The position numbers and the translations under genes are program-made. A stretch of 64,000 nt of DNA from Promethearchaeota archaeon (GTDB lineage Archaea > Asgardarchaeota > Lokiarchaeia > Sigyniarchaeales > SOKP01). The notes under the pieces are model-generated. The model had not been told where the DNA came from. It saw only the letters and a list, made by a program, of their open reading frames with translations, and made no database searches. Shown piece after piece: positions 30,407 to 41,462 of this stretch. Numbering within the stretch: the stretch's first letter is position 1; every line of letters begins with the position of its first letter. Location: the NCBI GenBank assembly GCA_030599585.1, contig JAUVNS010000009.1:1-64000 (forward strand), in the 5' to 3' direction.

Positions 30407-30886
30407 TTATGGTTTGTTTTTTAGGTATATAATAGCTTTCGCAATATCTCCGTCACTATCTATTAACGCCGCATTAGCCTCTTCTTTATCCACTTTTGCT
30501 TGAGCGGCTACTAACATAATATCATTTTCGGTAATAACCAATTTAGAAATACCCTCTTCCGTTGGTTCAAGACTATTCGCATCTACTCCCTCTTCAATTG
30601 TAAATTCTCCTGAGGAATATTCCTCTGCGTCACCAATGATTTGATACATTTCCTGACCCGTCTGCTTCATTAGGATTACCTCTGGCTGATCGATTACTAG
30701 AGTTTTATCTTGACATTCGATAATAACTCGCGTTGCATCGATCTGATCCATCTCAATTCCCTGTTGCTGCATTCGGCGACGCATCTGTCTGGAAGCAAAT
30801 TGCTGACCTTCTCTCTTCTTCGTTGCTTGGGGGCGAGTTGGTTTACTTTTTTCTTTTTTTTGCATCTCTTTCGGTAATTTTACCAT
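30407..30886 (-). CDS. nac: Nascent polypeptide-associated complex protein (aNAC)
   Basis: RQMRRRMQQQGI, RVII, PEV, C-terminal UBA-like DI.LVA.QA...GDIAKAI. Confidence 0.92.
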   Translation of the reverse strand: MVKLPKEMQKKEKSKPTRPQATKKREGQQFASRQMRRRMQQQGIEMDQIDATRVIIECQDKTLVIDQPEVILMKQTGQEMYQIIGDAEEYSSGEFTIEEGVDANSLEPTEEGISKLVITENDIMLVAAQAKVDKEEANAALIDSDGDIAKAIIYLKNKP

Positions 30887-30934
30887 ATTTCAACATTTCC
30901 AAATGTTATTTTGTATCTACTAATATAATTTAGT

Positions 30935-31426
30935 CTATAATTTAGATTTACCTATTCCTTTCCGTATTTTTAGTGCAATTCCCGTTTGAAAACTTCTGAT
31001 GTAAGGGACTGGGATCACTACCTTACCAATTGCTAATAAATCGTTGTTTTGATTAACTACAATAACCTCATCGTTGGGTCTTAATGTACTATCGATATCA
31101 ACTACGTGCTTACAAAAGACATTTCGACCTTTTCTAATGAATTCCGAGACTTCGGTCATAACAACTGCTCTAATTTTAGGTGAGGGGGTGTTATCGATTA
31201 TTCTTCTTGCAGAAAAGAGACTAAGTGTGAAAAATCCATTCGTAGGTCTTAAATTTAGCAATAAAATATTATCTTGGTAAATATGCTTTATTTTTCCTGT
31301 GTTTCTGGAAAAAAAAAATTGAATCTTGTTTTCGTCATCAAACAAGATATTAGTTATCGCTTGCCCAAATTGGTAATCGCAAATAGCTTTAACTTTTCTT
31401 AAAGCCAAAATGAATTTAATATCCAT
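30935..31426 (-). CDS. PUA domain protein (archaeosine TGT C-terminal-like)
   Basis: DYQFG, GRNVFCKHV, LRPNDEVIVV, KIRKG. Confidence 0.85.
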   Translation of the reverse strand: MDIKFILALRKVKAICDYQFGQAITNILFDDENKIQFFFSRNTGKIKHIYQDNILLLNLRPTNGFFTLSLFSARRIIDNTPSPKIRAVVMTEVSEFIRKGRNVFCKHVVDIDSTLRPNDEVIVVNQNNDLLAIGKVVIPVPYIRSFQTGIALKIRKGIGKSKL

Positions 31427-31495
31427 ATTGATTTACTTACAAAAGATTTACAAAAAATAAGGTTTGAGGTAATAAATATATTTGGCTAAAAACAG

Positions 31496-32707
31496 TTAGG
31501 AATATAGCTTCGACTGAGTTGAATTGTCTCTCATCTTACTCATTACTTTATTTACTGCTTCTACAAAATCCTCTTTAACGATCGTTTCTTTGTCTTTTCT
31601 TATTGCGAACATTCCAGCTTCAGTACAAATGGCTTTAATATCGGCTCCAGTAGCACCTTCAGTTAAATTGACTAAAACCTTAAAATTAACCTCACCTTCA
31701 ATGTTTAGATTTCTTGAGTGAATACTAAAAATCGATTCTCTTGCTTTCTCATCCGGCATGGGAAAATCTATCATACGATCAAATCTTCCTGGTCTTAATA
31801 AAGCAGGATCTAAGATATCAATTCGATTTGTTGCGCCAATTATTTTTACATCTCCGCGTTGCTCAAATCCATCCAACTCGCTTAGTAGTTGCATTAATGT
31901 TCGTTGAACTTCCCGATCTCCAGAAGTTGCGATTTTTAATCTCTGAGACCCGATAGCGTCTAATTCGTCTATAAATAAAATTGTAGGGGCTTTCTGTTTC
32001 GCTAAATTAAAAATCTCTCTTACTAAACGAGCTCCTTCCCCTATAAACTTTTGTACTAATTCTGAACCTATTATTCTAATGAATGTTGCGTCTGTTTCGT
32101 GTGCCACGGCTTTTGCTACTAAAGTTTTTCCAGTTCCCGGTGGACCGTAAAGTAAAACTCCTTTAGGGGGATCAATTCCTACTTTTTTAAACAATTCTGG
32201 TTTTAATAGCGGCAACTCAACGGTTTCACGAACTTCCATAATTTGATCGTCCAGTCCGCCAACGTCCTCGTACGATATATCTGGGACATTATCAATAACT
32301 TCCATTCCTTTCACAAAGGGATCTAACTTTGTTGGTAAGATTTCCATTATAGCAAATGTTCTCTGATTTAATGCTACTCTCATCCCAGGAGTTAAATTCT
32401 CGTTTTTTACTTTCCTACTCGGATTAACGACAAAGCTAGGACCGGTAGAGCTTTTTACGATTACTTTCCCGGAATCCTCAAGTAAATCTATTACAGTAGC
32501 TGATACTAAGGGTGGTTCTCTTAGCCTATCAATCTCATTTCGTAAACTGCTTAATTCCTGTTCTAATCTTAAACGCTCAGCATCTAGTAACTGTTTTTCA
32601 GTTTCTAAATTTCTTAACCTTTTTTCTAGATGTCTGGTATATGTAATTAAATATTCTTCATCTTTTGTTTCTTCTTTTTTTTTTCTGCTCTCTTTGATCG
32701 TTGTCAA
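31496..32707 (-). CDS. pan: Proteasome-activating nucleotidase
   Basis: Coiled coil and OB fold, [22 protein letters not shown]-terminal HbYX (LYS). Confidence 0.96.
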   Translation of the reverse strand: MTTIKESRKKKEETKDEEYLITYTRHLEKRLRNLETEKQLLDAERLRLEQELSSLRNEIDRLREPPLVSATVIDLLEDSGKVIVKSSTGPSFVVNPSRKVKNENLTPGMRVALNQRTFAIMEILPTKLDPFVKGMEVIDNVPDISYEDVGGLDDQIMEVRETVELPLLKPELFKKVGIDPPKGVLLYGPPGTGKTLVAKAVAHETDATFIRIIGSELVQKFIGEGARLVREIFNLAKQKAPTILFIDELDAIGSQRLKIATSGDREVQRTLMQLLSELDGFEQRGDVKIIGATNRIDILDPALLRPGRFDRMIDFPMPDEKARESIFSIHSRNLNIEGEVNFKVLVNLTEGATGADIKAICTEAGMFAIRKDKETIVKEDFVEAVNKVMSKMRDNSTQSKLYS

Positions 32708-32934
32708 GTAATTAATTCCCCATCTTTAACATATTTTATTCTGAAGATACTACCTAAATTAATAATAACAATGTATTCATATAAATTTAAGGTAATACGC
32801 TAATATTAGATAGAACATGAGTTTTAAAAAATTTTTGGATTATAAATTATAACGAGCGTTGTCTAAAAACCAAAAATTATAAGAGTTCTCTTTCCCAATC
32901 ATAATATATAGTTAAGTTCCTTGAAAACTAATGA

Positions 32935-33486
32935 ATGCATGGTTATTTTATGTCGAAAAAAATATTGAGTCAATTTGAGAAGGAATGCCCTATTTGTGGT
33001 GGAAAAATATGGGGGCGAGGGCAAAAAGTCTTAATAGAAGGAGCAAAAATTACTGTATGTCAAAGTTGTGCCCAGTACGGTGTTAAAATCAAAAATGTTC
33101 CTAGCGCTGGTAACAAAATCAAGCAGAGCTACGATAAACCTAAATCTTCTGCGAAGAAAAAGGCGTATAATAGACAAATTGACGGCGGATTAGAAATAGT
33201 AGCAGACTATGTTAGTAAGATTAGAAAAGCTCGCAACTCTCGAGGATTAAACCAAGATCAATTTGCTCAAAAATTAAATGAAAAACCCTCCTTACTTCGG
33301 AGAATCGAAGCGGGAAAAGTTGAACCTACTATTAAATTAGCCAAGAAAATTGAACAAGCGTATGGAATTACTCTAGTCAAAAAAGTAGACGAAATTGAGC
33401 CTAGTACCACCCAAGACAAGTATATGAAGAAATCTAGTAGTTCTTCTCTAGGAGATATTGCTATTGTGAAGAGAAGAAAAAAGTGA
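32935..33486 (+). CDS. mbf1: Archaeal multiprotein bridging factor 1
   Basis: CPICG...CQSC zinc ribbon plus Cro-HTH; SLGDI tail; divergent from pan. Confidence 0.9.
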   Translation: MHGYFMSKKILSQFEKECPICGGKIWGRGQKVLIEGAKITVCQSCAQYGVKIKNVPSAGNKIKQSYDKPKSSAKKKAYNRQIDGGLEIVADYVSKIRKARNSRGLNQDQFAQKLNEKPSLLRRIEAGKVEPTIKLAKKIEQAYGITLVKKVDEIEPSTTQDKYMKKSSSSSLGDIAIVKRRKK

Positions 33487-33524
33487 CAATTAAATCTAGG
33501 ATTTTAAAGAAAATCTAACTATAT

Positions 33525-34106
33525 CTAATTGATTGATAAATCAAGTTTTTCAATTACTACAATTTTTTCTTTTAGAAATTGAATCATTTCTTGATTATCT
33601 TGAGCTTCTAATGGACCACTACAATTGGGGCACTTGAAATTTAATTCAAAAGCGGAGTCAAAGTTAAATTTTAAGGTCGAATCTGGGCAATTCTTACATA
33701 CAAAAAAGTAATTATTTTCCTCGAACTTTAACCGTTCCCTTAGTTTTGTCTCAACTGTTCTCTTTTTTTCCATTAGGATTTCTTCGAATAAGTCAAATTC
33801 ATGCCACCAATAATATATAAACCAACCCGTAGATTTATCGCGTATCCTCCTAAATTGAGCTAATTTCCCACTATACAACTTGTAGAGCGTTTTGCGAACA
33901 GTATTTAATTTTAACACTTCAACACCGTTTTCTTCAAAAAATAATTCTGGATTTAACTCTTTCATGCGTGCTTTAATTTTTTCCGTTATTCCCTCATCTG
34001 TGATATCTTCTTCTTCAGAATTTAATAATTCTATCCCGACTTCGATAGCAATATCTCCGGCTATAACGAATAAAAAGGTCCTTAGTAATGGGCTTAACTC
34101 CTTCAT
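33525..34106 (-). CDS. tfe: Transcription factor E (TFE alpha)
   Basis: LNTVRKTLYKLY, RDKSTGWFIYYW, CKNC...FKCPNC. Confidence 0.93.
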   Translation of the reverse strand: MKELSPLLRTFLFVIAGDIAIEVGIELLNSEEEDITDEGITEKIKARMKELNPELFFEENGVEVLKLNTVRKTLYKLYSGKLAQFRRIRDKSTGWFIYYWWHEFDLFEEILMEKKRTVETKLRERLKFEENNYFFVCKNCPDSTLKFNFDSAFELNFKCPNCSGPLEAQDNQEMIQFLKEKIVVIEKLDLSIN

Positions 34107-34209
34107 TATGTTCTGTCTCTTATGATTTCACTATTTAGTATAAATTTTAATCTATTATAAAAGTTAAATTTTGTGAATTGTGTTAAAAAGGACCTAAGGG
34201 TCCAGTTCA

Positions 34210-34992
34210 TTATACTACTATAGAATACTGTTTTTCGATAAGGTCGCCATCAATCTCAACTGACCGAGTCATCTTACCTTTTCTTATAGCCATAATCCTT
34301 AACATTCGAGTATCTTTTACGTTTGTTGGAATCTCGATTTGTTTTATAGTATAATTGTTAAGAATTGTAAGTGATTTCCAATTATTCGGAAGTTCTGATT
34401 TAAAATCAGGGGCTGCTAAATCTAACAGCATTTCGAGATTAGCGTCTGTATTATTGAGCATTCCAACACAAAATTGTATTCGTTTGCTTACGTCGTCGTC
34501 TTCTACCTTTTTTTTCGATGGTTGAGGTATATTTTTTTTCGTGGTAACTTTGCAAGTTGCATTTCTATTATACGACAAAAGTAAATAACTACTTTCTCGA
34601 AATACACCAATAGCTTTGAGCAACAAACCTTTATTAATTTGATCGACGATTTCTGCTTTGTAATTTTTTGTTTTACCCGTGGATTTTTTCAAAACCCAGT
34701 TTAAGCCTATTTCTGATATATTATTTGCTATATCGCTACTAGCTATCAATTTCCCCTTAATCTCGAAATTCTCCTGAGAATTAGAAATTGTTTTTGTTAC
34801 TGCTTCTAAAATTAAATCTTCGTATTCATGGGCACCTTTCAAAGTGAATTTTGCCTTAGTTTTGGTGATTTTTAAAGCAGGGCCAATAAACACTCCCTTA
34901 GAATACCGGTAAAAATGGCGATGGATGTTCAGGTGCTGCTCAAAAGGATCTTCCAAAATTGGTTTTTTAACTAGTTCGCTCAAAAAATGCAT
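34210..34992 (-). CDS. Conserved archaeal hypothetical protein
   Basis: HRHFYRYSKGVF and AIRKGKMTR motifs; basic; co-oriented upstream of tfe. Confidence 0.6.
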   Translation of the reverse strand: MHFLSELVKKPILEDPFEQHLNIHRHFYRYSKGVFIGPALKITKTKAKFTLKGAHEYEDLILEAVTKTISNSQENFEIKGKLIASSDIANNISEIGLNWVLKKSTGKTKNYKAEIVDQINKGLLLKAIGVFRESSYLLLSYNRNATCKVTTKKNIPQPSKKKVEDDDVSKRIQFCVGMLNNTDANLEMLLDLAAPDFKSELPNNWKSLTILNNYTIKQIEIPTNVKDTRMLRIMAIRKGKMTRSVEIDGDLIEKQYSIVV

Positions 34993-35085
34993 TTTTCATA
35001 TACCGTTTATTTTTTTATTAATATAAATCTAAATATGATATTATAATTAGAATATATCTTTAAATTTTAATTTATACAATAAGTA

Positions 35086-35973
35086 GTGAATAAAATCAAA
35101 GAAGTAGACAACATAACTTCAAATATCATTAAATATTTACAGACAAATTTAAAAGGCAATATAATTAGCATCTTTGGTATTGGCAGTTATTTTGATAAAA
35201 ATCTTCCGTCCGGTTGGAGAAATACTGATATAGATGTAATTGTAATTGTTTCTACTTTGGACAAAATTACTAAACTCGATTGGACCGATGTTCGATACGA
35301 AGTTAGAAAAATTGATAACCATTATGTATGGATAGGATATAACACTATTCAAGGACTAAAAACAAAAAAGCTTTTCGTTCAAGAATCCTTCGCAAATTAT
35401 GAATGGAGCCTAATGGATTTAAAATTTAAAGAAAATTCTCATCTTTTATATGGAAAAGATATTAGAGAGCAAGTTCCAGACCCTTTTAGTTTTGTTTTTG
35501 ATTATAACGATATTTTAGCTAGATGCCTTTATCATTTGGATAAAAGCTTAAAAGAGAGCAAAATTCGGGAGAATTCTGTACAAGCTATGACCGAATTTAC
35601 TAAAGCGGTATTTAAATTTGGATTCTACATGTGCCTTTACTTCAGCGAAAAGTATTTTCTTACTTCTGTTCAAAGCATTTCGTTACAACTTAATAAACTG
35701 TTATTGGATAACGATATAAAGAACTCCATGCTTAATTTCATGACTGAATCTATAATTTATAGGAGAACAAATAAATTTTCTAAAAAATTCGAACTCTTAA
35801 GAAAAAATTACGTGTTATTTACGCTTTCTCTACTAAGAAGTGGAATTCTTCATCGGAAGTACGAGTTTCAAGAGTTGTTGATATTTCTTAAAAATAAATT
35901 TAATGGTATGCCTTATCTTATTTCTTACCTCAAAAAAGCAAAAAACATATTTTATTCTACTAAAACAAATTAA
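35086..35973 (+). CDS. Pol-beta-superfamily nucleotidyltransferase domain protein
   Basis: GIGSY...TDIDVIVIV, LLYG; helical C-terminal domain. Confidence 0.7.
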   Translation: MNKIKEVDNITSNIIKYLQTNLKGNIISIFGIGSYFDKNLPSGWRNTDIDVIVIVSTLDKITKLDWTDVRYEVRKIDNHYVWIGYNTIQGLKTKKLFVQESFANYEWSLMDLKFKENSHLLYGKDIREQVPDPFSFVFDYNDILARCLYHLDKSLKESKIRENSVQAMTEFTKAVFKFGFYMCLYFSEKYFLTSVQSISLQLNKLLLDNDIKNSMLNFMTESIIYRRTNKFSKKFELLRKNYVLFTLSLLRSGILHRKYEFQELLIFLKNKFNGMPYLISYLKKAKNIFYSTKTN

Positions 35974-36082
35974 TTATGTTTTTATCTTCCATTTGTTGAC
36001 ATGTTTAAATTCAGATTGATAAAGTTAAAAAAAAATAAATTATAAGATCTTATTCAACCTACAAAAATATAATACGATTTTA

Positions 36083-36310
36083 ATGTTACTTATATTACTA
36101 CAAATCAACGGGTTTCAAGTTCCCTCATTAACTATTTGGATATTAGCGTGGATTTTTCTCGTAATTGGATTAGTAGCTTTGATTACTTTAGTTGTTTATA
36201 CTAGATACGGCAGAGAAATATCCATTAAACTCTCTATTATTTCAATCGGAATTTCTGCCGTATTGTTGGGTTTTTCTTTCCACTTCTTCCTAATTACATT
36301 TGGAATATAA
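36083..36310 (+). CDS. Small 2-TM membrane protein
   Basis: Two hydrophobic helices; ATG start. Confidence 0.6.
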   Translation: MLLILLQINGFQVPSLTIWILAWIFLVIGLVALITLVVYTRYGREISIKLSIISIGISAVLLGFSFHFFLITFGI

Positions 36311-36496
36311 TTCTGCTTGGAATTATTGAGGATTGACCTTCTTTTAATACAACTACGCTTAAAAATATTGTTACGAGTTAGCTCCTATCTCTTAAAAATC
36401 AATATTTTATTTAATAAATATTTATAAAAGAAGGAGAATATGTTTTTCTTAATTTAAAAAATAAACATACTTAAATATATAGGTGGAACGTCAAAA

Positions 36497-36916
36497 ATGT
36501 TATTTCAACTAGAAAATACTTTATTGTTTATTCTATGGTTAATTTTGGCTACTGTCATTGTCGCAATAATCCTTTACATTTCGGTATTACTTATTGCATC
36601 AAAAACTAAAGCTTCAGATAAAAAATTCGTTATAGTCATCTTAGCTTTTATCTTTGTTTTGATATTACCAATAATTTTAGGTGCAATAAATCAAGTGCTA
36701 GGCGTAATAGGTAACTTAGTAGCTTTTAGTGGTTCAAACTATTTAACTCAGTTAACACCAATCATTGGATTTCTAATAATTATGGTATTAACTAAATTTT
36801 TCCTCAGTATTCCGTGGGATCAGGACGTATGGATATCTCTATTAACACTATTTTTCCTGTTCCTTCTCTACACTATGATACCAGAGCTTTATAGTTTCTT
36901 AGGGTTTGGACTTTAA
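36497..36916 (+). CDS. 4-TM membrane protein
   Basis: Four hydrophobic helices; AGGTGG SD; poly-T after the stop. Confidence 0.65.
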   Translation: MLFQLENTLLFILWLILATVIVAIILYISVLLIASKTKASDKKFVIVILAFIFVLILPIILGAINQVLGVIGNLVAFSGSNYLTQLTPIIGFLIIMVLTKFFLSIPWDQDVWISLLTLFFLFLLYTMIPELYSFLGFGL

Positions 36917-36991
36917 TTTTTTTTTTTTAATAAAATCATAATTAAAGCTTCTTTGTTCAACCAATAAAATAGAGTAAAAAAAGATAATTAC

Positions 36992-39900
36992 TTAAATTTT
37001 TTCTTTCAACTTGAGCCTAGGAGCTAATCCAAGAGACATCATTTCTTGGAGAAGAAGTTTGAACGCATACGAGCATACGACCTTAGATATGATCGTTCCT
37101 TCCCCACATACTGGACAATATCTCTTATCTCTATTTCTATCATAAACTGCAAGAAGCCCACACTTCTCGCAAACTAAGACAACAGTTCTGTCGGATTCAT
37201 CAAGAAGTCTCTCCTTTAACAACAAAGCGGATCCGTGTCCTACTAAGCAATCTCTTTCCATCTCACCAAATCGTAACCCACCTTCTCTTGCTCTACCTTC
37301 TGTAGGTTGTCTTGTTAAGATTTGAACCGGACCTCTCGCCCTAGCGTGGAGTTTATCAGCAACAAGGTGGTACAATTTCTGATAATAAATCGGGGCGCAG
37401 TAGATACCCGCTTCATATTTTTTACCCGTAATACCGTTATACATTACTTCTCTACCGTTAAATTCAAATCCCGCATCAACCAGTTGCTCTTGGAGTTTGG
37501 TGATATCTTTCCACTCGAAGGCAGTTGCGTCACCTAAAATACCCGTTGAGCAAGCTATCTTACCACTAATACCTTCAAAAAGCTGTCCAAGAGTCATTCT
37601 CGAAGGCATTGCGTGAGGATTTACAATAATATCTGGAATAACGCCATTGGATGTGAAGGGCATATCTTCAGCTGGCTGAACTAATCCAAGCACTCCTTTC
37701 TGCCCATGCCTTGAAGAAAATTTATCTCCTAATTCTGGAATCCGTAAATCTCTGACTTTAATTTTTACTAATTTATTTCCATCAACAGTTTCTGAAATTA
37801 TGACCGTGTCAACAATGCCTTTTTCGTTATGGCGCATGTTTTTTGATGTTTCCCGCCTGTTAGGCTGCATCAGTTCAAATTCTTCGTAAGATTTAATGAA
37901 TCGTGGAGGGGAAGTTCTACCGATAAGGACATCACCGCCATTAACCGTAGTTTCAGGTTCGATAATACCATCTTCTTCAGATAGTAATCTATAAGATTCA
38001 GCGGATTTAAACCCTCTAACGCCCCTCTCTGGTATCTCAAATTTATCTAATTCTCCTCCCGGATATTTCCTTTCTTCGGCGTCGTAAGTTCTAAAGAAGT
38101 GACTCCGCGCTAATCCTCGCTCAATGGAGGCTTTGTTAATTACTATAGCGTCTTCAATGTTGTAACCCTCAAAACTCATCATCCCGATTATGAAATTTTG
38201 TCCAGCAGGTCTACGATTAATGCCTATTATTTTCATAGGGCTGGTTATAACGAGTGGTGTTTGGGGGTAATGAAGCGTATGACCCCGCGTATCAAGCCGT
38301 AGATGCATGTTTGCCGTGAATAGCCCTAAAGCTTGTTTAACCATTCCTGCTTCGTAAGTGTTTCGTGGAGACTGGTTGTGTTCAGGAAACGGAATAATAG
38401 ACGCGCAAATTCCTAATATGGCTGCCGGGGAGATTTCTAAATGCGTGTGTTCGGCCGTAATATCCTCTTCAAACATCGCAATATAAGCGTTTTCTTCTTC
38501 TTCTGCGTCTAAGTATTCTATAACGCCTTTAAGAATTAAATCTGACCAGTTATATTTACCTTGCTTGATTTTTTCAATATCTTCCTTTACTATCAATAAT
38601 TCATTATTTTTGATGATAAATAGTGGTCGCGTGGCTCGTCCAGCATCACAATTAATTTGAACCTCTTTAGAATCGTAATAATACCCAATATTGACGTGTA
38701 CACCAATTTCACCTTTCCGTCTTTTTTCCCGAAGTTGATTTGTGAATGGGTTATATTTTTGATGAATCCCAACTAGTTTGCCGTTAAGAAAAATGTTTAC
38801 TTTTTCTCCTTTTATGCTTTTTACCTCACTTATTGGAATTACTCCGAGATCAAATAGTATATTTTCTATAATTCTTTCGTCTGCACCAACGGAAATTATT
38901 GAAGCAAGCCCAAGATTTTTAACGAGTCCACAATTTGGTCCTTCCGGCGTTTCTGCAGGACAAATCTTCCCCCACTGCGTAGGATGCAAATCTCTTGCCT
39001 CAAAATGGGGTTGACTTCTGCTTAATGGAGATATAACTCTCCTTAAATGGCTTAAAGTCCCTACATGATTTGTTCGGTTTAATAACTGACTAACACCCGC
39101 TTTTCCTCCAACCCAGTTACCCGTTGCTAAAGCGTGCCTAATTCTTTCGGTAATTACGTCAGCTCTCACAGCAGTTTTAATATTAGGTGCGCGTCCTCGT
39201 ACCGCGGTACGTTCTAATTGATATTTAATATCTTTTACTAAGTTTAAAAACGCAACTCTAAAAAGAGAAGTGAACAATTCTCCCGCTAGTTTCAACCTTT
39301 TGTTAGCGTAATGGTCTTTATCATCCGGTTCTCGAAGCCCTAAGTTAAGTTCCATCACTTTTTGAGCCATTTGACCTAAATAATACGCTTTTTTGATACG
39401 GTCCTCTTCGGCATTTCCAATGTGAGGTAAAAGATACCGATCTAAAACTTGAAGCGCTCTCCGAATACGGTAGTCTTTTGTTTGACCAATTGCGACTCTT
39501 TTTCCAATGTAATCTAATGAGTTTTGTTGGGATTTTTCAGAGTCTTTTAAAACCTGGATTTCGGACGCAACGTCTATAACTGGTATTAACTCTTTTTGAA
39601 TATCTTCATTTTCCGAGATGGCTTCAAAAATTTCTCTATCCGAGTGTAATCCTAAAGCACGCATTAATATTGCGAGGGGAATCTTCCCAGGCACCGAGGG
39701 AAAAGAAACTCTTAAATTACCATCTTTCTTTCTCTCAATAGTTACTGGTGCTCGGAATCCACTTCTCGTTGAAAAAACCTTAGCTTGATGCGTGGCACTC
39801 GAGCTTCGACTTGCCTCTTCTGCCAAAATTCTATTAGGAGCCAAATCTTCTTGAGTAACCAATACGCGCTCTGTTCCATTAATGATAAAATATCCCCCTG

Positions 39901-40363
39901 GATCAAGCGGATCCTCTCCTCGATTAACTAACTCTTGTTCAGTTAGATTTTCCAAAGGGCATCGACAACTTTTTAGCATTATAGGAATCTTACCAATATA
40001 TATATCTAATGTTTCTTCTGCCTCCTCCCTTTGAGTTCGTTCGTCTATAGTTATAGGTGTCATTTCTAGGATAATATCTGCTGCATAACTTAACTCTCGT
40101 ATCCTAGCCTCAATAGGTGTGATTTCCATAGTAGCACCATCTGCCTCTCTAACTTTTGGTATTCCTACTTTGATCTTCCCAAAAGTGATTTTGAAGCCCG
40201 GAATATCTGGTATTACCTCGCCAGACTCAGTGACGATGCCTTGCATTTCGTCTTCAATAAAACTATTGTAAGAATCGAGGTGCTGGCGAACTAAACCTTT
40301 TTCGTCAAATAAGCTTTTTAGCACGACCCACTTGTCGCTATTGGATAATTTTTCAGAACTCAA
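36992..40363 (-). CDS. rpoB: DNA-directed RNA polymerase subunit B (Rpo2), unsplit
   Basis: GYFIINGTERV, ETPEG.NCGL, GDKFSSRHGQKG, GGLRFGEMERD, C-terminal zinc site. Confidence 0.98.
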   Translation of the reverse strand: MSSEKLSNSDKWVVLKSLFDEKGLVRQHLDSYNSFIEDEMQGIVTESGEVIPDIPGFKITFGKIKVGIPKVREADGATMEITPIEARIRELSYAADIILEMTPITIDERTQREEAEETLDIYIGKIPIMLKSCRCPLENLTEQELVNRGEDPLDPGGYFIINGTERVLVTQEDLAPNRILAEEASRSSSATHQAKVFSTRSGFRAPVTIERKKDGNLRVSFPSVPGKIPLAILMRALGLHSDREIFEAISENEDIQKELIPVIDVASEIQVLKDSEKSQQNSLDYIGKRVAIGQTKDYRIRRALQVLDRYLLPHIGNAEEDRIKKAYYLGQMAQKVMELNLGLREPDDKDHYANKRLKLAGELFTSLFRVAFLNLVKDIKYQLERTAVRGRAPNIKTAVRADVITERIRHALATGNWVGGKAGVSQLLNRTNHVGTLSHLRRVISPLSRSQPHFEARDLHPTQWGKICPAETPEGPNCGLVKNLGLASIISVGADERIIENILFDLGVIPISEVKSIKGEKVNIFLNGKLVGIHQKYNPFTNQLREKRRKGEIGVHVNIGYYYDSKEVQINCDAGRATRPLFIIKNNELLIVKEDIEKIKQGKYNWSDLILKGVIEYLDAEEEENAYIAMFEEDITAEHTHLEISPAAILGICASIIPFPEHNQSPRNTYEAGMVKQALGLFTANMHLRLDTRGHTLHYPQTPLVITSPMKIIGINRRPAGQNFIIGMMSFEGYNIEDAIVINKASIERGLARSHFFRTYDAEERKYPGGELDKFEIPERGVRGFKSAESYRLLSEEDGIIEPETTVNGGDVLIGRTSPPRFIKSYEEFELMQPNRRETSKNMRHNEKGIVDTVIISETVDGNKLVKIKVRDLRIPELGDKFSSRHGQKGVLGLVQPAEDMPFTSNGVIPDIIVNPHAMPSRMTLGQLFEGISGKIACSTGILGDATAFEWKDITKLQEQLVDAGFEFNGREVMYNGITGKKYEAGIYCAPIYYQKLYHLVADKLHARARGPVQILTRQPTEGRAREGGLRFGEMERDCLVGHGSALLLKERLLDESDRTVVLVCEKCGLLAVYDRNRDKRYCPVCGEGTIISKVVCSYAFKLLLQEMMSLGLAPRLKLKEKI

Positions 40364-40408
40364 TTTTGATTAACCTATTAAAATATTAGTTTTAAATAAA
40401 AAGTTTTT

Positions 40409-40666
40409 CTACACTTTTTCTTTCTTGACATAGCGATAATAATCTATATTTTTTACTGTTGTGTGAGATTCTCTAACAATTTTTATGATGTCCCCTTCTT
40501 TTGCGCCTATTGCTATTGAAACCGGGTCTTTATCATACATTTGGGGTAAATCAGAAATATTAATTTTGTATTTCTCTAGTAAATTCTGAGATTCTTCTTT
40601 CGTTAAAAGGTAATGTTTCGGGACTAGTTCATGAAGCAGAACATCTATTTTTCTTTTCTTTGTCAA
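40409..40666 (-). CDS. rpoH: RNA polymerase subunit H (Rpo5)
   Basis: HELVPKH, LPQM..KDP, GDIIKIVRES, YRYV. Confidence 0.96.
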   Translation of the reverse strand: MTKKRKIDVLLHELVPKHYLLTKEESQNLLEKYKINISDLPQMYDKDPVSIAIGAKEGDIIKIVRESHTTVKNIDYYRYVKKEKV

Positions 40667-40808
40667 AAAAATCCTCTTTCCTCGCTAATTGTTTCAAAAA
40701 ATATTCTATTTCTAAAAAATTTTTCTATTTTTACGATTATTCTCTTAAATTTTTACAAATACTTACGGTGGTATTGGTATTTTGAAAGATGAAAACTTCA
40801 ACATTCGT

Positions 40809-41447
40809 TTAAATTGATGTTAAACTGAAAATCCAATATCCAGATCTCTTAAAAGTCACATTTATCTTTTCATATAAATCTGAAAGATTTTGGATTAAAT
40901 AATTGTAAATATAATTTGCTCCCATTTTTTTTCTCATTACAAATTGAAATTGTCCATTTCTTTTCAGAAACGATGGGATTTCTTTGCACAATGCGAGAAA
41001 TTCTTTTCTACCGTTTCTTATTGGAGGATTCATGTAGATCGCGTCAAATTGGATATTTTTGTTTTGTAAAGGTTTAAAATAACTACCATTCAAAACTATT
41101 ATTTTGCCTGATCTTTCGGGTAAATTATACTTTATATTCTCCCTAGTGCACCAGAGTGCTCTTTTATTTGTATCAATTAAATGAACAGAGCTTTGTGGAC
41201 TCAAGTACGCTAGAACTATCCCAATGGGCCCATAACCACATCCTAAATCAAGTAAATGTCCTCCATTTTTAGGAATTGTCATATGTTCAATAAACACTTG
41301 TGTACCCAAATCTAACTTTTTATAGGAAAATATCCCCGTGATTGTTTTAAACAAGTATAGATGGCGTCGTAGGCTAACTGGAACAGTAAAGACTTTAACT
41401 CTAACATCAGGAAATTGTGAGGAATAATGTTGGTTTTTTCTCTCCAT
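40809..41447 (-). CDS. Class I SAM methyltransferase (RsmC/MTS family)
   Basis: GIFS..LDLGT, LDLGCGYGPIG, NPPIR.G. Confidence 0.88.
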   Translation of the reverse strand: MERKNQHYSSQFPDVRVKVFTVPVSLRRHLYLFKTITGIFSYKKLDLGTQVFIEHMTIPKNGGHLLDLGCGYGPIGIVLAYLSPQSSVHLIDTNKRALWCTRENIKYNLPERSGKIIVLNGSYFKPLQNKNIQFDAIYMNPPIRNGRKEFLALCKEIPSFLKRNGQFQFVMRKKMGANYIYNYLIQNLSDLYEKINVTFKRSGYWIFSLTSI

Positions 41448-41462
41448 GTCGTCGATCTTTTC

